In this document: piece after piece, positions 52,202 through 61,761 of the stretch
Layout of the letters: every line of letters begins with the position of its first letter
Position numbering within the stretch: the stretch's first letter is position 1
Origin: Parachlamydiaceae bacterium
GTDB taxonomy: Bacteria > Chlamydiota > Chlamydiia > Chlamydiales > Parachlamydiaceae
DNA: 64,000 nt
Direction of reading: 5' to 3'
Assembly: GCA_044326545.1 (NCBI GenBank)
Contig: JBIRBM010000005.1
Span: 13,457-77,456 of the forward strand
The notes under the pieces: generated by a model
Database searches by the model: none
Told to the model about the DNA's origin: nothing
What the model saw: only the letters and a program-made list of their open reading frames with translations
Translations under genes and position numbers: made by a program

Positions 52202-53806
52202 CTATCGATTTAGCTTACCTTTAAGCTTACCTAATATTGAATCAGAAAAATCGACCCATTCTCCGGTTTCATTCCCTAGAGGACCATAAATACAACACAG
52301 CTGTAGACTATTCAATGAAGGAGATGTTCTTGCCTGTTTCATCCGTTGTTGCCGCAGCTTTCCTATTGATATTGAGGGATCCTGTATGACGAGTTGTTTA
52401 GCTGAGATCACAAGTTCAAGGAGTCTTAATATTTGATCAAACTCATCATCCAAGGAAAATTTAGCAGAGTTTTTAAGTGCAATCAATCCTGCATCATAAG
52501 GAGTAATCATCTGCAATGGGTCATTGGAAGGAGCTAATGAAAGACGCATCACTTGCTGCAAAAATTTCGTTCCTCGCTTCATTCGATCAATAGCCGCATC
52601 AGGGATCCCGTGGTCTGCCATGATTTTAGCCTCTTTTTCAAGATCGATTTCTAATAATTGTTCAGCAATTTTATCACTCCACTTTTCAGTCATTTGAGGA
52701 AGAAATAAGTGCTCTAATTTCAATAAATCTGCAGCTGATGATGAAAAGCATAATCCATGATCGATCATAAAAAGATTGAGAGGACCTTCCTCTTTTTCTG
52801 GCACTAAAAGATTTCCTAGATGACGGTCGATATTACCAAAGCGTATATCAAAGATTAAACTTGCCTGGACACTTTCGTTTGATAAGACATTTAATCGATG
52901 AGCCTTTTCTGGATTTAAGCTCAAGACAGATAATCCTACGCAATTTTTTTGAAAAATTTGTGCAGATCCCACCTTCCCATTTAATTCGATATAAGTCGTA
53001 TAAGGAATCGGATAAAGACGTTGCTTGTTTAATAAACAGGCAACTTTTTCTCTTATGGCGCTTTCTCCGGCTCGAATGCCTGCTGCGACTCCTTCTTTTT
53101 CTTCATCTTTGGGTTTAAAAATCAATATTTTTTCAAGATTCTCATTGGTAATAAAATAAGAGCCATTGATTCCTGCACTGGAATTATCTCCTCCTGTTGG
53201 AATGACGGCGTCTGGCCCCAATACTTCGACTCCTTTAACAGCCTCTCCTAGTTGTTTGAAAATAAAGGCGGGATGGTAATCATCCTGTTGATTAGAGGCG
53301 TATTTTTTCAACGGTGTTTCAAATAACAATTTAAAAACATGTTGAATTTCGTTTGAGGTGATGACCATCGGCGAAGATAAGCGAAGATTGAGACGATCAA
53401 AAATGATGTTAGCTATCGATTCTAACGGTTTGTTTGCAATTTCTTCAACGATTTGTTCTCCAAAACAGCTAATCGATAATTCCAGTAAAGAGGAAAAGTC
53501 TTGAGCATTCGTTGAATCGGCTTTTTCTTCCAATTGTGAGGAGGTGATACCAACAGATAAAATAGTGGTGGCGATAACATTTAATTTATCTAAATTTTCA
53601 CTCATTTTTAAAGCTTCATTGTCTGTTGATGTTTTTCTCATTTCCAAATTTACTGTGCTTGGAGATTGAGAATTAAGGAGAATCGCTTCAGTTATAATAT
53701 GGCTATAAGGGTCTACGGAATTGTTTTTTCCAGAATCGGATGTTGAGTCCAAGTGAGAATAGTTACCAGCCATTTGCTCTTGATTAAATGTGCTAATATT
53801 ATTCAT
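52202..53806 (-). CDS. Eukaryotic type II PI4-kinase-like (PI3/PI4-kinase superfamily) protein; candidate effector
   Basis: GSYFITNENLEKILIFKPKDEE, VGSAQIFQKN, FGNIDRHLGNLLV (DRHxxN catalytic loop) and FMIDHGLCF (metal-binding Asp). The N-terminal ~200 aa are Ser/Asn-rich with no signal peptide. ATG 53804-53806 is preferred over GTG 53839. Confidence 0.7.
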   Translation of the reverse strand: MNNISTFNQEQMAGNYSHLDSTSDSGKNNSVDPYSHIITEAILLNSQSPSTVNLEMRKTSTDNEALKMSENLDKLNVIATTILSVGITSSQLEEKADSTNAQDFSSLLELSISCFGEQIVEEIANKPLESIANIIFDRLNLRLSSPMVITSNEIQHVFKLLFETPLKKYASNQQDDYHPAFIFKQLGEAVKGVEVLGPDAVIPTGGDNSSAGINGSYFITNENLEKILIFKPKDEEKEGVAAGIRAGESAIREKVACLLNKQRLYPIPYTTYIELNGKVGSAQIFQKNCVGLSVLSLNPEKAHRLNVLSNESVQASLIFDIRFGNIDRHLGNLLVPEKEEGPLNLFMIDHGLCFSSSAADLLKLEHLFLPQMTEKWSDKIAEQLLEIDLEKEAKIMADHGIPDAAIDRMKRGTKFLQQVMRLSLAPSNDPLQMITPYDAGLIALKNSAKFSLDDEFDQILRLLELVISAKQLVIQDPSISIGKLRQQRMKQARTSPSLNSLQLCCIYGPLGNETGEWVDFSDSILGKLKGKLNR

Positions 53807-53994
53807 AATAAAAACTTTTTTTGTTTTTTGTCTAGTCACAATTTAATTATATTTTTTATTTAATTTATGTTCAATATTTTTGATTGTTGTTTTTAAATAT
53901 AAGAAAATTCATAGAGTAAATTTTTTTATTGTTATTTGAATGTTTATTTCATAATTAAATTAAAAAAAGATCCTGTATCCAAAGTTTGAATGAT

Positions 53995-54092
53995 ATTAGA
54001 CTTCTTCGGAAACTTCATTGACTTGCTAAAACCGCCATTTTTGGCATCTTTTTTGTAAAATTTTTCGACCGTATGCACGCATACGCTCTCAA
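53995..54092. repeat. Family C left half (C2); direct repeat of 54899-54996
   Basis: 98 bp, identical to 54899-54996 except one C/T difference (54076 vs 54980). It lacks the right arm. Confidence 0.85.
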
Positions 54093-54253
54093 AATGGAAT
54101 CCAAGCGATCGATAACAGAAATGGCGGGTAAGAAGAGTTATGAATGGAAGATGTCGACGTAACGTGTCAATAGAGGGGGGGGGACGAGACTTTATTTGGT
54201 TCCAAAAAGGTCGACATCTCTCGATCTGGCCTATTTTGCAAGCTTTGAAAGCC

Positions 54254-54298
54254 GCGAGCGGTTTGGCTTCAGCGGAAATAGCTCTCTTGGCGGCTAAG
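54254..54298. repeat. Family A repeat, inner and right part (A14)
   Basis: GCGAGCGGTTTGGCTTCAGCGGAAATAGCTCTCTTGGCGGCTAAG, abutting a family B arm. Confidence 0.5.
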
Positions 54299-54351
54299 AA
54301 ACTTGTTCAGAATCTTTGATCCCCATCCTTTGCTGCTATAAATCCGCTCGA
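54295..54351. repeat. Family B left arm plus internal module (B15)
   Basis: TAAGAAACTTGTTCAGAATCTTTGATCCCCATCCTTTGCTGCTATAAATCCGCTCGAC. Confidence 0.65.
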
Positions 54352-54372
54352 CATGTAGAAAAACATCTCCTT

Positions 54373-54837
54373 TTATTCCCACACGGGTTTCTTGGCCCCG
54401 TCATAAGGTTTAGCTAATCCCTTTGAAATCAGTTCTTCAGCTAAATCTATTCCATCTATATAGACATCTGCAAGAATGCGGAAATATTTATCTCGTTGCA
54501 TATTCGTCAATTCGATGATGTTGGCATGATTGAGTCGATCAGCAACATAATCTCGAGCTTCAATCGCCATTTTTTTTATCTTTTCTCTTTTATCTGTTAT
54601 CTCCGGTGTGTCGATTTTAGCAATCCGAATGGAAATTTTCTCCCCTATCAAGGGATGAACATCAAAAATATCGACGATGAATGTGTCTCCATCATGAACG
54701 CGGCACACTTTGTCAACCTGCAGTGCCCCATAACAGCGAGCAGCTTCAAGGTTTTCAAAACAGAAGAGGAAATGAAGGGCTAAACATGCTGAATAAAAAG
54801 GCAATGGTTTAATTGAAAAGGGGGAGGTTGTTTTCAT
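54373..54837 (-). CDS. Secreted staphylococcal-nuclease-like (SNase/thermonuclease) protein
   Basis: Signal peptide (PLPFYSACLALHFLFCFENLEA), then VHDGDTF, IRIAKIDTPE and RDKYFRILADVYIDG...GLAKPY, matching SNase catalytic/OB-fold blocks. Confidence 0.8.
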   Translation of the reverse strand: MKTTSPFSIKPLPFYSACLALHFLFCFENLEAARCYGALQVDKVCRVHDGDTFIVDIFDVHPLIGEKISIRIAKIDTPEITDKREKIKKMAIEARDYVADRLNHANIIELTNMQRDKYFRILADVYIDGIDLAEELISKGLAKPYDGAKKPVWE

Positions 54838-54898
54838 TTGTTATTCTTTTATCGACATGAGCTGTTTTGTAAAAGCTCTTCTGTTTGTAGATCTACTC

Positions 54899-55063
54899 AT
54901 TAGACTTCTTCGGAAACTTCATTGACTTGCTAAAACCGCCATTTTTGGCATCTTTTTTGTAAAATTTTTCGACCGTATGTACGCATACGCTCTCAACATT
55001 TTCAAAACAATCTGCTCAAAAAGGGCAATTTTTTCAAGCAAAGCAAGTTTCTCAAGAAGTCTA
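54899..55063. mobile_element. Family C MITE-like element, long form (C3, about 163 bp)
   Basis: Left arm TAGACTTCTTCGGAAACTTCATTGACTTGCTAAAA; right arm TTTTCAAGCAAAGCAAGTTTCTCAAGAAGTCTA. Shares the core GCCATTTTTGGCATCTTTTT with C1. Confidence 0.8.
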
Positions 55064-55123
55064 TTCCCACTTTGACCTTGAATGAGTAGATTTTGTGATT
55101 GATATCGACTTAACGTGAGTGGT

Positions 55124-56053
55124 TTAAAGAAAAAAATTATCAACAAAACTTTGAGCGTCAAAAGGCTGCAGGTCATCGATTTGTTCGCCTGTTCCAATAA
55201 ATTTAATCGGGAGGCCTAATTCACGTTGAATGGCCACGACAATTCCCCCTTTGGCTGTACCATCGAGCTTAGTGAGAATAATTCCGGTCAGGGGAGTGAA
55301 TTGATGGAAATTCTTTGCTTGTTCAATTGCATTTTGACCAGTTGTTGCATCAAGCACTAGGAGCGTCTCATGCGGACCGCTTAAAGCCGCTTTTCGGCAA
55401 GATCGCTTGATTTTTTCAAGTTCTTGCATAAGAGGGATTTTTGTGTGAAGGCGTCCGGCGGTATCGATAAGGACGACATCGCATTGGCGAGCTTTAGCTG
55501 CTTGCACTGCATCGAATGCCACTGCTGCGGGATCGCTTTTAGAGGTTCCTTTGACAATGTCTATATCCAGACGTTGTGCCCACGTTTCAAGTTGTTCAAT
55601 TGCAGCTGCGCGGAAGGTGTCAGCTGCACCAACAAGCACTTTTTTTCCGTTTTGCTTAAAGAGGTTCGAAAGTTTTGCAACAGACGTTGTTTTGCCATTG
55701 CCGTTGACTCCAACAATCAGGATAATCAAAGGGGTTTGACCCTCAGGTTGTGAGGCTAAACCCGAAGGATTGCGGTTAAGCTCTGTGGTAATATGCGAAC
55801 GCAAAGCATCAAGGTATTGTGCTGTTTTAAAAGAGGGGTTTTCTTTATGAAGTTCGCGGATTTTATGTGTCAGTTCAATCGATGTTTGGACTCCAAAATC
55901 AGCTTCATACAAAAGCTGTTCGAATTGTTCCAACATACTCTCATCAATTTTTCCTTGGAAAAGAGAGTGAAGCTTATCGCTAAAGAGTGATCGTGCCCGA
56001 GAAAGGGCTGATTTAACTTTCGAGTAACTTGATTTAAAAAATTGCAAAACCAT
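55124..56053 (-). CDS. ftsY: Signal recognition particle receptor FtsY
   Basis: GVNGNGKTTS (G1), DTAGR (G3), TKLDGTAKGG (G4), preceded by an NG-domain N helix bundle. Confidence 0.9.
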   Translation of the reverse strand: MVLQFFKSSYSKVKSALSRARSLFSDKLHSLFQGKIDESMLEQFEQLLYEADFGVQTSIELTHKIRELHKENPSFKTAQYLDALRSHITTELNRNPSGLASQPEGQTPLIILIVGVNGNGKTTSVAKLSNLFKQNGKKVLVGAADTFRAAAIEQLETWAQRLDIDIVKGTSKSDPAAVAFDAVQAAKARQCDVVLIDTAGRLHTKIPLMQELEKIKRSCRKAALSGPHETLLVLDATTGQNAIEQAKNFHQFTPLTGIILTKLDGTAKGGIVVAIQRELGLPIKFIGTGEQIDDLQPFDAQSFVDNFFL

Positions 56054-56165
56054 GAGTGAGGCCCATTAAGAATTTTAGAAAAAAAAGCTTAGCATAGAAA
56101 ATAGAAAAAGGGGAAGATCAAATCAAAACATACGCATACAGGTTCTTAATTCATAGGGTTGACGA

Positions 56166-57335
56166 ATGAATATTCATGAATATCAAGCCAAGCAGATTCT
56201 AGAAGGATATGGTATTCCGATTCCGGAGTTTGCTGTCATCTCTTCTTTAGATCAATTAAAGGAAGTTCTAGATGTAAAAGGGTGGCAATCAGCTGTTCTT
56301 AAAGTGCAAATCCATTCCGGAGGTCGAGGAAAAGCCGGAGGGGTGAAATTTGCCGAGGGGCGTGACGAGATTTTAAAAGCGGCCAACGAATTGTTGGGTA
56401 AAAGATTTGTGACTGAACAAACCGGGGTCGAAGGGTTAGTGGCTCACCAGCTGATGGTCTCGCCCCCTATTACCATCGATCATGAGTTTTATTTGGCTGT
56501 GACAATTGACCGAGCAAAAGCAGAAATTATTTTCATTGCTTCTCGTTTAGGAGGAGTCGAGATAGAAAAAATTTCGCGGGAAGAGCCTGATAAAGTCCTC
56601 ATTCTTCCTTTGCCTCCAGAGGGATTCTTTCGTTCTTATCATTTGATTCGGATCGCCAAATTTATGCAATGGGAAGGATCGATTGCTGAACAGGGGGTCA
56701 ATATTGTGAATGCTCTTGTGAAGGCGTTTAACGAAACAGACGCCACCCTTTTGGAAATCAATCCCCTTGTGAAAACATCCGATCATCAACTCTTGGCTCT
56801 TGATGTCAAGTTATCTATTGATGATAATGCTCTTTATCGACAGCCTATCATTAAAGCCTTATTTGATCCAACTCAGGTGAATGCAAGTGAAGCAAAAGCC
56901 CACCAAATCGATCTGGCCTATGTTGCGTTAGATGGCGATATTGGTTGCATGGTTAATGGAGCGGGATTGGCAATGTCAACGATGGATCTTATCAAACATT
57001 TTGGCGGCCATCCGGCTAATTTTTTGGATGTGGGGGGCGGCGCATCAAAAGAAAAGGTGGCTGAGGGATTTAAAATCATTTTATCCGATCCTAAGGTGAG
57101 AGCAATCTTAGTGAATATTTTTGGAGGAATCATGAATTGCGAGACGTTAGCTTCGGGAGTTATTGAAGCGGCAAGAGAGCTCCAAATTCGTGTCCCCCTT
57201 GTCGTTCGTCTAGAGGGAACTCATGTCGAAGAAGGTCGAAAACTCCTCAAAACATCGGGATTAAATATCATTGGTGCGAATAATTTAACTGAAGCTGCCA
57301 AACAAGTCGTCCATATGGCTCAAAAAAATGGGTAG
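56166..57335 (+). CDS. sucC: Succinate--CoA ligase (ADP-forming) beta subunit
   Basis: [12 protein letters not shown] start, ATP-grasp region, [21 protein letters not shown]. Confidence 0.93.
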   Translation: MNIHEYQAKQILEGYGIPIPEFAVISSLDQLKEVLDVKGWQSAVLKVQIHSGGRGKAGGVKFAEGRDEILKAANELLGKRFVTEQTGVEGLVAHQLMVSPPITIDHEFYLAVTIDRAKAEIIFIASRLGGVEIEKISREEPDKVLILPLPPEGFFRSYHLIRIAKFMQWEGSIAEQGVNIVNALVKAFNETDATLLEINPLVKTSDHQLLALDVKLSIDDNALYRQPIIKALFDPTQVNASEAKAHQIDLAYVALDGDIGCMVNGAGLAMSTMDLIKHFGGHPANFLDVGGGASKEKVAEGFKIILSDPKVRAILVNIFGGIMNCETLASGVIEAARELQIRVPLVVRLEGTHVEEGRKLLKTSGLNIIGANNLTEAAKQVVHMAQKNG

Positions 57336-57339
57336 GAGT

Positions 57340-58257
57340 ATGTCTGTTCTAGTCAATCACAAAACGAAAATTATTACGCAAGGAATCACAGGCAAAGCCG
57401 GCCGTTTTCACACTGAGCAAGGAATGGTTTACACACCAAACTATGTTGGGGGTGTGACTCCGGGAAAAGGGGGAAGTTGCATTTTAGGCCTTCCTGTATT
57501 CGATACAGTCCATGAAGCTAAAGAGTCAACAGGGTGTGATGCCTCTTTAATTTTTGTTCCAGCTCCTTTTGCAGCAGAAGCCATTTTAGAGGCGGAAGAA
57601 GCCGGGATAGAACTGATTGTATGCATCACCGAAGGGATTCCTGTTCAGGATATGCTCAAAGTTAGCCGAGTCATGCGGTCGAGCAAAAAAAGCCGCCTGA
57701 TTGGCCCTAATTGCCCCGGCATCATCGCTCCCGGTGCATGCAAAATGGGGATTATGCCGGCTTATATTCATCTTAAAGGGGGAGTGGGGATTGTTTCCCG
57801 ATCGGGCACCTTAACATATGAAGCCGTTTGGCAAACGACACGGCTTGGACTTGGTCAATCAACATGTGTTGGAATTGGAGGAGATCCTTTGAATGGAACG
57901 TCGTTTATTGATGTATTAAAGTTATTTCAAGCCGACCCTGAAACAAAAGCCATTTTAATGATAGGTGAAATAGGAGGAGAGGCGGAAGAAGAGGCTGCTG
58001 ATTGGATTTTCCATCATTGTACGAAACCTGTCGCTGCTTTTATTGCGGGTCAAACGGCCCCTCGCGGAAAGCGTATGGGTCATGCAGGAGCCATTATCAG
58101 CGGCGGTCAAGGGACGGCAGAAACGAAAATTGCGGCGTTAAAAGGAGCCGGTGTGAATATTGCAAAGAATGCCGCTGAAATGGGGATGGCGGTGCAAGAG
58201 GCGATGGCTGAAGAAACAGCGTGCAAATGGAGTCAAAAATTCACTTCAATCAAATGA
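57340..58257 (+). CDS. sucD: Succinate--CoA ligase alpha subunit
   Basis: [26 protein letters not shown] and MGHAGAII (phosphohistidine). AGGAG RBS before ATG 57340. Confidence 0.93.
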   Translation: MSVLVNHKTKIITQGITGKAGRFHTEQGMVYTPNYVGGVTPGKGGSCILGLPVFDTVHEAKESTGCDASLIFVPAPFAAEAILEAEEAGIELIVCITEGIPVQDMLKVSRVMRSSKKSRLIGPNCPGIIAPGACKMGIMPAYIHLKGGVGIVSRSGTLTYEAVWQTTRLGLGQSTCVGIGGDPLNGTSFIDVLKLFQADPETKAILMIGEIGGEAEEEAADWIFHHCTKPVAAFIAGQTAPRGKRMGHAGAIISGGQGTAETKIAALKGAGVNIAKNAAEMGMAVQEAMAEETACKWSQKFTSIK

Positions 58258-58324
58258 CTTTCAGTTTTATCACAGTTTTTGAAGAGATCATCATTTTTAA
58301 ATTTCTCTATTATTCTAAGGTATC

Positions 58325-59479
58325 ATGATTTCGATTTCTGGACGCATTCCTGTTCAAATTTATCCTTTTTTCTGGATTCTTATTTTGCTGATAGGATGGA
58401 TCAATAGTTTGACTGTCACCGGAACACTGATTTGGTCGATTGTCATTCTGGTTTCTGTCTTGATTCATGAATATGGCCATGCCCTTACCGCGTTGTTCTT
58501 TGGCCAGGAAGCTGAAATCAATCTGGTGGGGTTGGGAGGAGTCACAAAACGAGACGGACCGAAACTCTCGCAATGGAAAGAATTTTTGATTGTCTTGAAT
58601 GGCCCTTTAGCCGGTTTTTTGCTATTTGCGATTGCTTATTTTCTGATTGATCATGTTCCGGAGAGGAACAAAATCTTGGTTTACGCTTTAGAGGTGATGA
58701 TTGAGGTTAATTTTTTTTGGACTCTTTTGAATCTTCTTCCTGTATTGCCTCTTGACGGAGGGAATTTGCTGCGCATTTTATTGGAAGGGATGTTTGGTGT
58801 GCAAGGGCTGAAGGTGGCATTTGTGATCAGCATCGTATTAGCCGCAGTGATTGGGTTCTATTTCTTTGTCATCCAACAAATGTTTATGGGGGCTTTATTT
58901 TTGATGCTTGGTTTTGAAAGTTATAGGGCATGGTCAGATGTTAAAACCATCGTTCCAGAGGACTCAGATCAATATTTGCAAGATGTATTAAATCAGGGGA
59001 TAGAGGAATTAAAACGAGGAGAGAGAAAGGAGGCTTTAGTTAAGTTTTCCATCATCCGGGATAAAATATCAAAAGGGGTGTTGTATGTCTCCGCTTCGCA
59101 ATACGGAGCGCGCATATTAGCTGAGCAAGGGAAATTTAAGGAGGCTTATCAATGGCTTTATCCCTTAAAAAATCGCCTCTCGCTTGATTATCTCAATCTT
59201 CTTCAGCAAATTGCTTACCGCCTTCAAGAGTGGGAAGAGACAGTGGCGATTGGTGAACAATCTTTTCAGCAGCAGCCAACCCCTGAAACAGCGTTAATGA
59301 TCGCCATTTCTTATGCCATTATGGGCAAAGCTGTTCCTGCGGTAGGTTGGCTCCGTTCTGCTTCTCAGCAAGGGGTGCCCGATATTCAAAAAGTTATTTT
59401 AAAGCGTGAATTTGATGCCATCCGTGCTTCAGATCCGTTTCAAAAATGGGTGAAAAGTTTGGAAAATTTGACTCCTTAG
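58325..59479 (+). CDS. M50 (site-2 protease) family metallopeptidase with C-terminal TPR-like region
   Basis: HEYGHAL in TM helix 2-3, NLLPVLPLDGG second zinc-ligand motif, helical repeat tail. Confidence 0.8.
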   Translation: MISISGRIPVQIYPFFWILILLIGWINSLTVTGTLIWSIVILVSVLIHEYGHALTALFFGQEAEINLVGLGGVTKRDGPKLSQWKEFLIVLNGPLAGFLLFAIAYFLIDHVPERNKILVYALEVMIEVNFFWTLLNLLPVLPLDGGNLLRILLEGMFGVQGLKVAFVISIVLAAVIGFYFFVIQQMFMGALFLMLGFESYRAWSDVKTIVPEDSDQYLQDVLNQGIEELKRGERKEALVKFSIIRDKISKGVLYVSASQYGARILAEQGKFKEAYQWLYPLKNRLSLDYLNLLQQIAYRLQEWEETVAIGEQSFQQQPTPETALMIAISYAIMGKAVPAVGWLRSASQQGVPDIQKVILKREFDAIRASDPFQKWVKSLENLTP

Positions 59480-59565
59480 AACCTCTCTTGATGAAAAGAG
59501 ATTTTTGATTTTTTAGTTGTTTTGGTGCATCTTTCCTAAATGCGAAGCGAAAAAGAATTAAGTCG

Positions 59566-61644
59566 ATGTTTATCAATATTTTATGTTATATATGCCTCTT
59601 TATCTCTTCGATGATTTTACCCATTTATCTCTACGCTGTGCCGGTGATAAAGAGTGTGAGTCCCTATTTTGGACCAGAAAGTGGGGCAACCCTTGTGACC
59701 ATCACGGGAAATGGATTCATCGGCACCACAACAATTGGATTTGGAAATAGCATAGTGACTCCCTTGTCTGTCTCTAATAGTGAGATTCAAGTCTACACCC
59801 CACCCCACGTCCCTCAGTCAGTCTCCGTGATTGTAAATACACCGGAATCTAGCTCCGACAGCTCACCTGATTCATATTTTGTATATCAGGGGAATTTAAA
59901 GCTTGCAGGGGCGCATGACTCTGATTATTTATATTTGTTTGATCTCTCTTCTGTTCCTTCAATTCAATCGACATTGAATGTTAGCCTCGGTTTGATTGGT
60001 CTTTCATTTACACCGGATGGATCTCAACTCTATTGCTTACCTGGAGGCAATGATCATGAAGTTGTTGTTGTCGACGTTGCGTCGTCTTCGATCTTGACAC
60101 GGATCTCTTTAGGTGGGCAAGATACTTCAGCCGGAGTTGTTTTTCAGCCAAATGGTTCAACTGCCTATATTTCGAATGAGAACAATAACCAGATACATGT
60201 CGTTAACACCTCTGATTTTTCTTCCCAAATTGTCCCTGTTGGAACTCATCCTTTTCAATTAGCCATCACCCCAAGTGGTGATAAGGTTTTTGTCTCGAAT
60301 AATGGCGATCCTAGTGTTTCAGTTATTGACACAGCGACTTTGAGTGTTACGACAATAACTTTGCCTCCAGGATCAATTCAAGGAGTTCATTCTCTTGCAG
60401 TGAGTCCGGACGGATCTTCTGTTTATGCCGTAGGGGTTGATTCCAATCCCAGCTCAGCATACCTTTATCAAATAGATGTCTCAACGTTCGCGGCAACTTT
60501 AATCCAACAACTCCCTCAAAATGGCGATTATACCTCTGGCTCTTTAGCTCTTTCTTCGAATGGAGAATATGTGTTTATCTCAAATTTAGACACATCTGAA
60601 GTAACAGCTTTTACAACCTCTCCAACACCCGCTTTTTATCGTAATATTGCCTTGACCCCGACTCCCTCCAGTCCTTCTGCCTTAATTGTAGCACCCGATA
60701 ATTTAGGGCTTTATGTGCCGCATTCTCATGCCAATGGTGGAAATGGAGTTATTTCGTATGTCGATCTCTCTGAGTCACAAGAAACAAGTGTTGTCACAAT
60801 TAGGAATTTAGCAGACTTGAACTCTATTTGTACGGCACCAGATGGCCTCACACTCTATTTAGGTTCCGGCTCCGGCGGGACCGGAACAGGAATTATTGAA
60901 CTTTATAATTCTGATCCGGCAAGTGTCTATTCTATCCTTCCAACAGTTCCCACGAAAGCCATGGATCTGAATAACATCGCGCCAGATCAAGCTCCTCTTG
61001 CGAAGTATACCGTAAAGAGGGTCCAAAACAGCGAGGCGGGGATCTACTTATTCGATGGATCGCAATCTTTGTCTCCAATCGGTGAAATTGTGAATTATGA
61101 ATGGAATTTTGGAGATGGTACTGCTCCTCAAACGACAACTTCGCCGCAGATTGTCCACCAATTTACTCAGCCAGGCCGCTATTCAGTCAGCCTTAGGGTG
61201 ACAAATGGTGCCGGAACCTCTACTCAAAAGAAGTATAACAATGCTTCATTTAAAAATAATTACAACTTATATAATCCCGGATTACTCAATAACGGAGGCC
61301 CGACAGCTCTGTTGCAAAAAAATATTGTTGTTGCTTTACCTATTGTAGAAGCTGTTGACCCTCATACAGGGTGTGAAAAAGGGGGGAAAAAAGTTTCAAT
61401 TATAGGTTCAAATTTTATCGGGGCAACAGCCGTCTATTTTGGTCGGCATCTTTCAACGTCTTTTGAAGTCGTTTCCGATTCCATGATCATTGCGTCTGTC
61501 CCTAAAGGAAAAGGTAAGGTAAAAGTTAAGGTTCATTCAGGATTTGGCGTATCGGCCTCGTCGGTCGTCTACACCTATCAATCTTGTGGATATTGTCCGC
61601 AGCCTTATAAACTTCGCAAGCGATGTAAAAACCGCAGTAAGTAG
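59566..61644 (+). CDS. Secreted IPT/TIG - YVTN beta-propeller - PKD - IPT/TIG multidomain protein
   Basis: Signal peptide, then an IPT-like domain (PVIKSVSPYFGPESGATLVTITGNGF). Repeated ...P.G..[LV]Y[VI].N......[VI].V[IV]D blades. PKD motif YEWNFGDGT...GRYSVSLRVTNGAG. A second IPT (PIVEAVDPHTGCEKGGKKVSIIGSNF) and a basic Cys-rich tail. Confidence 0.75.
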   Translation: MFINILCYICLFISSMILPIYLYAVPVIKSVSPYFGPESGATLVTITGNGFIGTTTIGFGNSIVTPLSVSNSEIQVYTPPHVPQSVSVIVNTPESSSDSSPDSYFVYQGNLKLAGAHDSDYLYLFDLSSVPSIQSTLNVSLGLIGLSFTPDGSQLYCLPGGNDHEVVVVDVASSSILTRISLGGQDTSAGVVFQPNGSTAYISNENNNQIHVVNTSDFSSQIVPVGTHPFQLAITPSGDKVFVSNNGDPSVSVIDTATLSVTTITLPPGSIQGVHSLAVSPDGSSVYAVGVDSNPSSAYLYQIDVSTFAATLIQQLPQNGDYTSGSLALSSNGEYVFISNLDTSEVTAFTTSPTPAFYRNIALTPTPSSPSALIVAPDNLGLYVPHSHANGGNGVISYVDLSESQETSVVTIRNLADLNSICTAPDGLTLYLGSGSGGTGTGIIELYNSDPASVYSILPTVPTKAMDLNNIAPDQAPLAKYTVKRVQNSEAGIYLFDGSQSLSPIGEIVNYEWNFGDGTAPQTTTSPQIVHQFTQPGRYSVSLRVTNGAGTSTQKKYNNASFKNNYNLYNPGLLNNGGPTALLQKNIVVALPIVEAVDPHTGCEKGGKKVSIIGSNFIGATAVYFGRHLSTSFEVVSDSMIIASVPKGKGKVKVKVHSGFGVSASSVVYTYQSCGYCPQPYKLRKRCKNRSK

Positions 61645-61679
61645 CAATTGTTGTGGTGAAATGAAACGTGTATTAAAAG

Positions 61680-61740
61680 ACTCACCTTACGCACCAAGAT
61701 TGCGATTTGGGTTGAAGCCAAAGCTCTCTTGGTGCGTAAG
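61680..61740. repeat. Family A repeat, complete (A11)
   Basis: ACTCACCTTACGCACCAAGATTGCGATTTGGGTTGAAGCCAAAGCTCTCTTGGTGCGTAAG, then a family B arm. Confidence 0.8.
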
Positions 61741-61761
61741 AACCTGTTCAAAATCTTTCTG
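61737..61761. repeat. Family B left arm (B16)
   Basis: TAAGAACCTGTTCAAAATCTTTCTG. Supplies the stop and last codons of the 61748-62338 gene. Confidence 0.6.

Noticed and set aside
54919-55197. 92-aa ORF between the nuclease gene and ftsY.
   Set aside because: It runs through MITE-like element C3 and into the ftsY 3' end. Its sequence is repeat read-through (compare the MFS extension).
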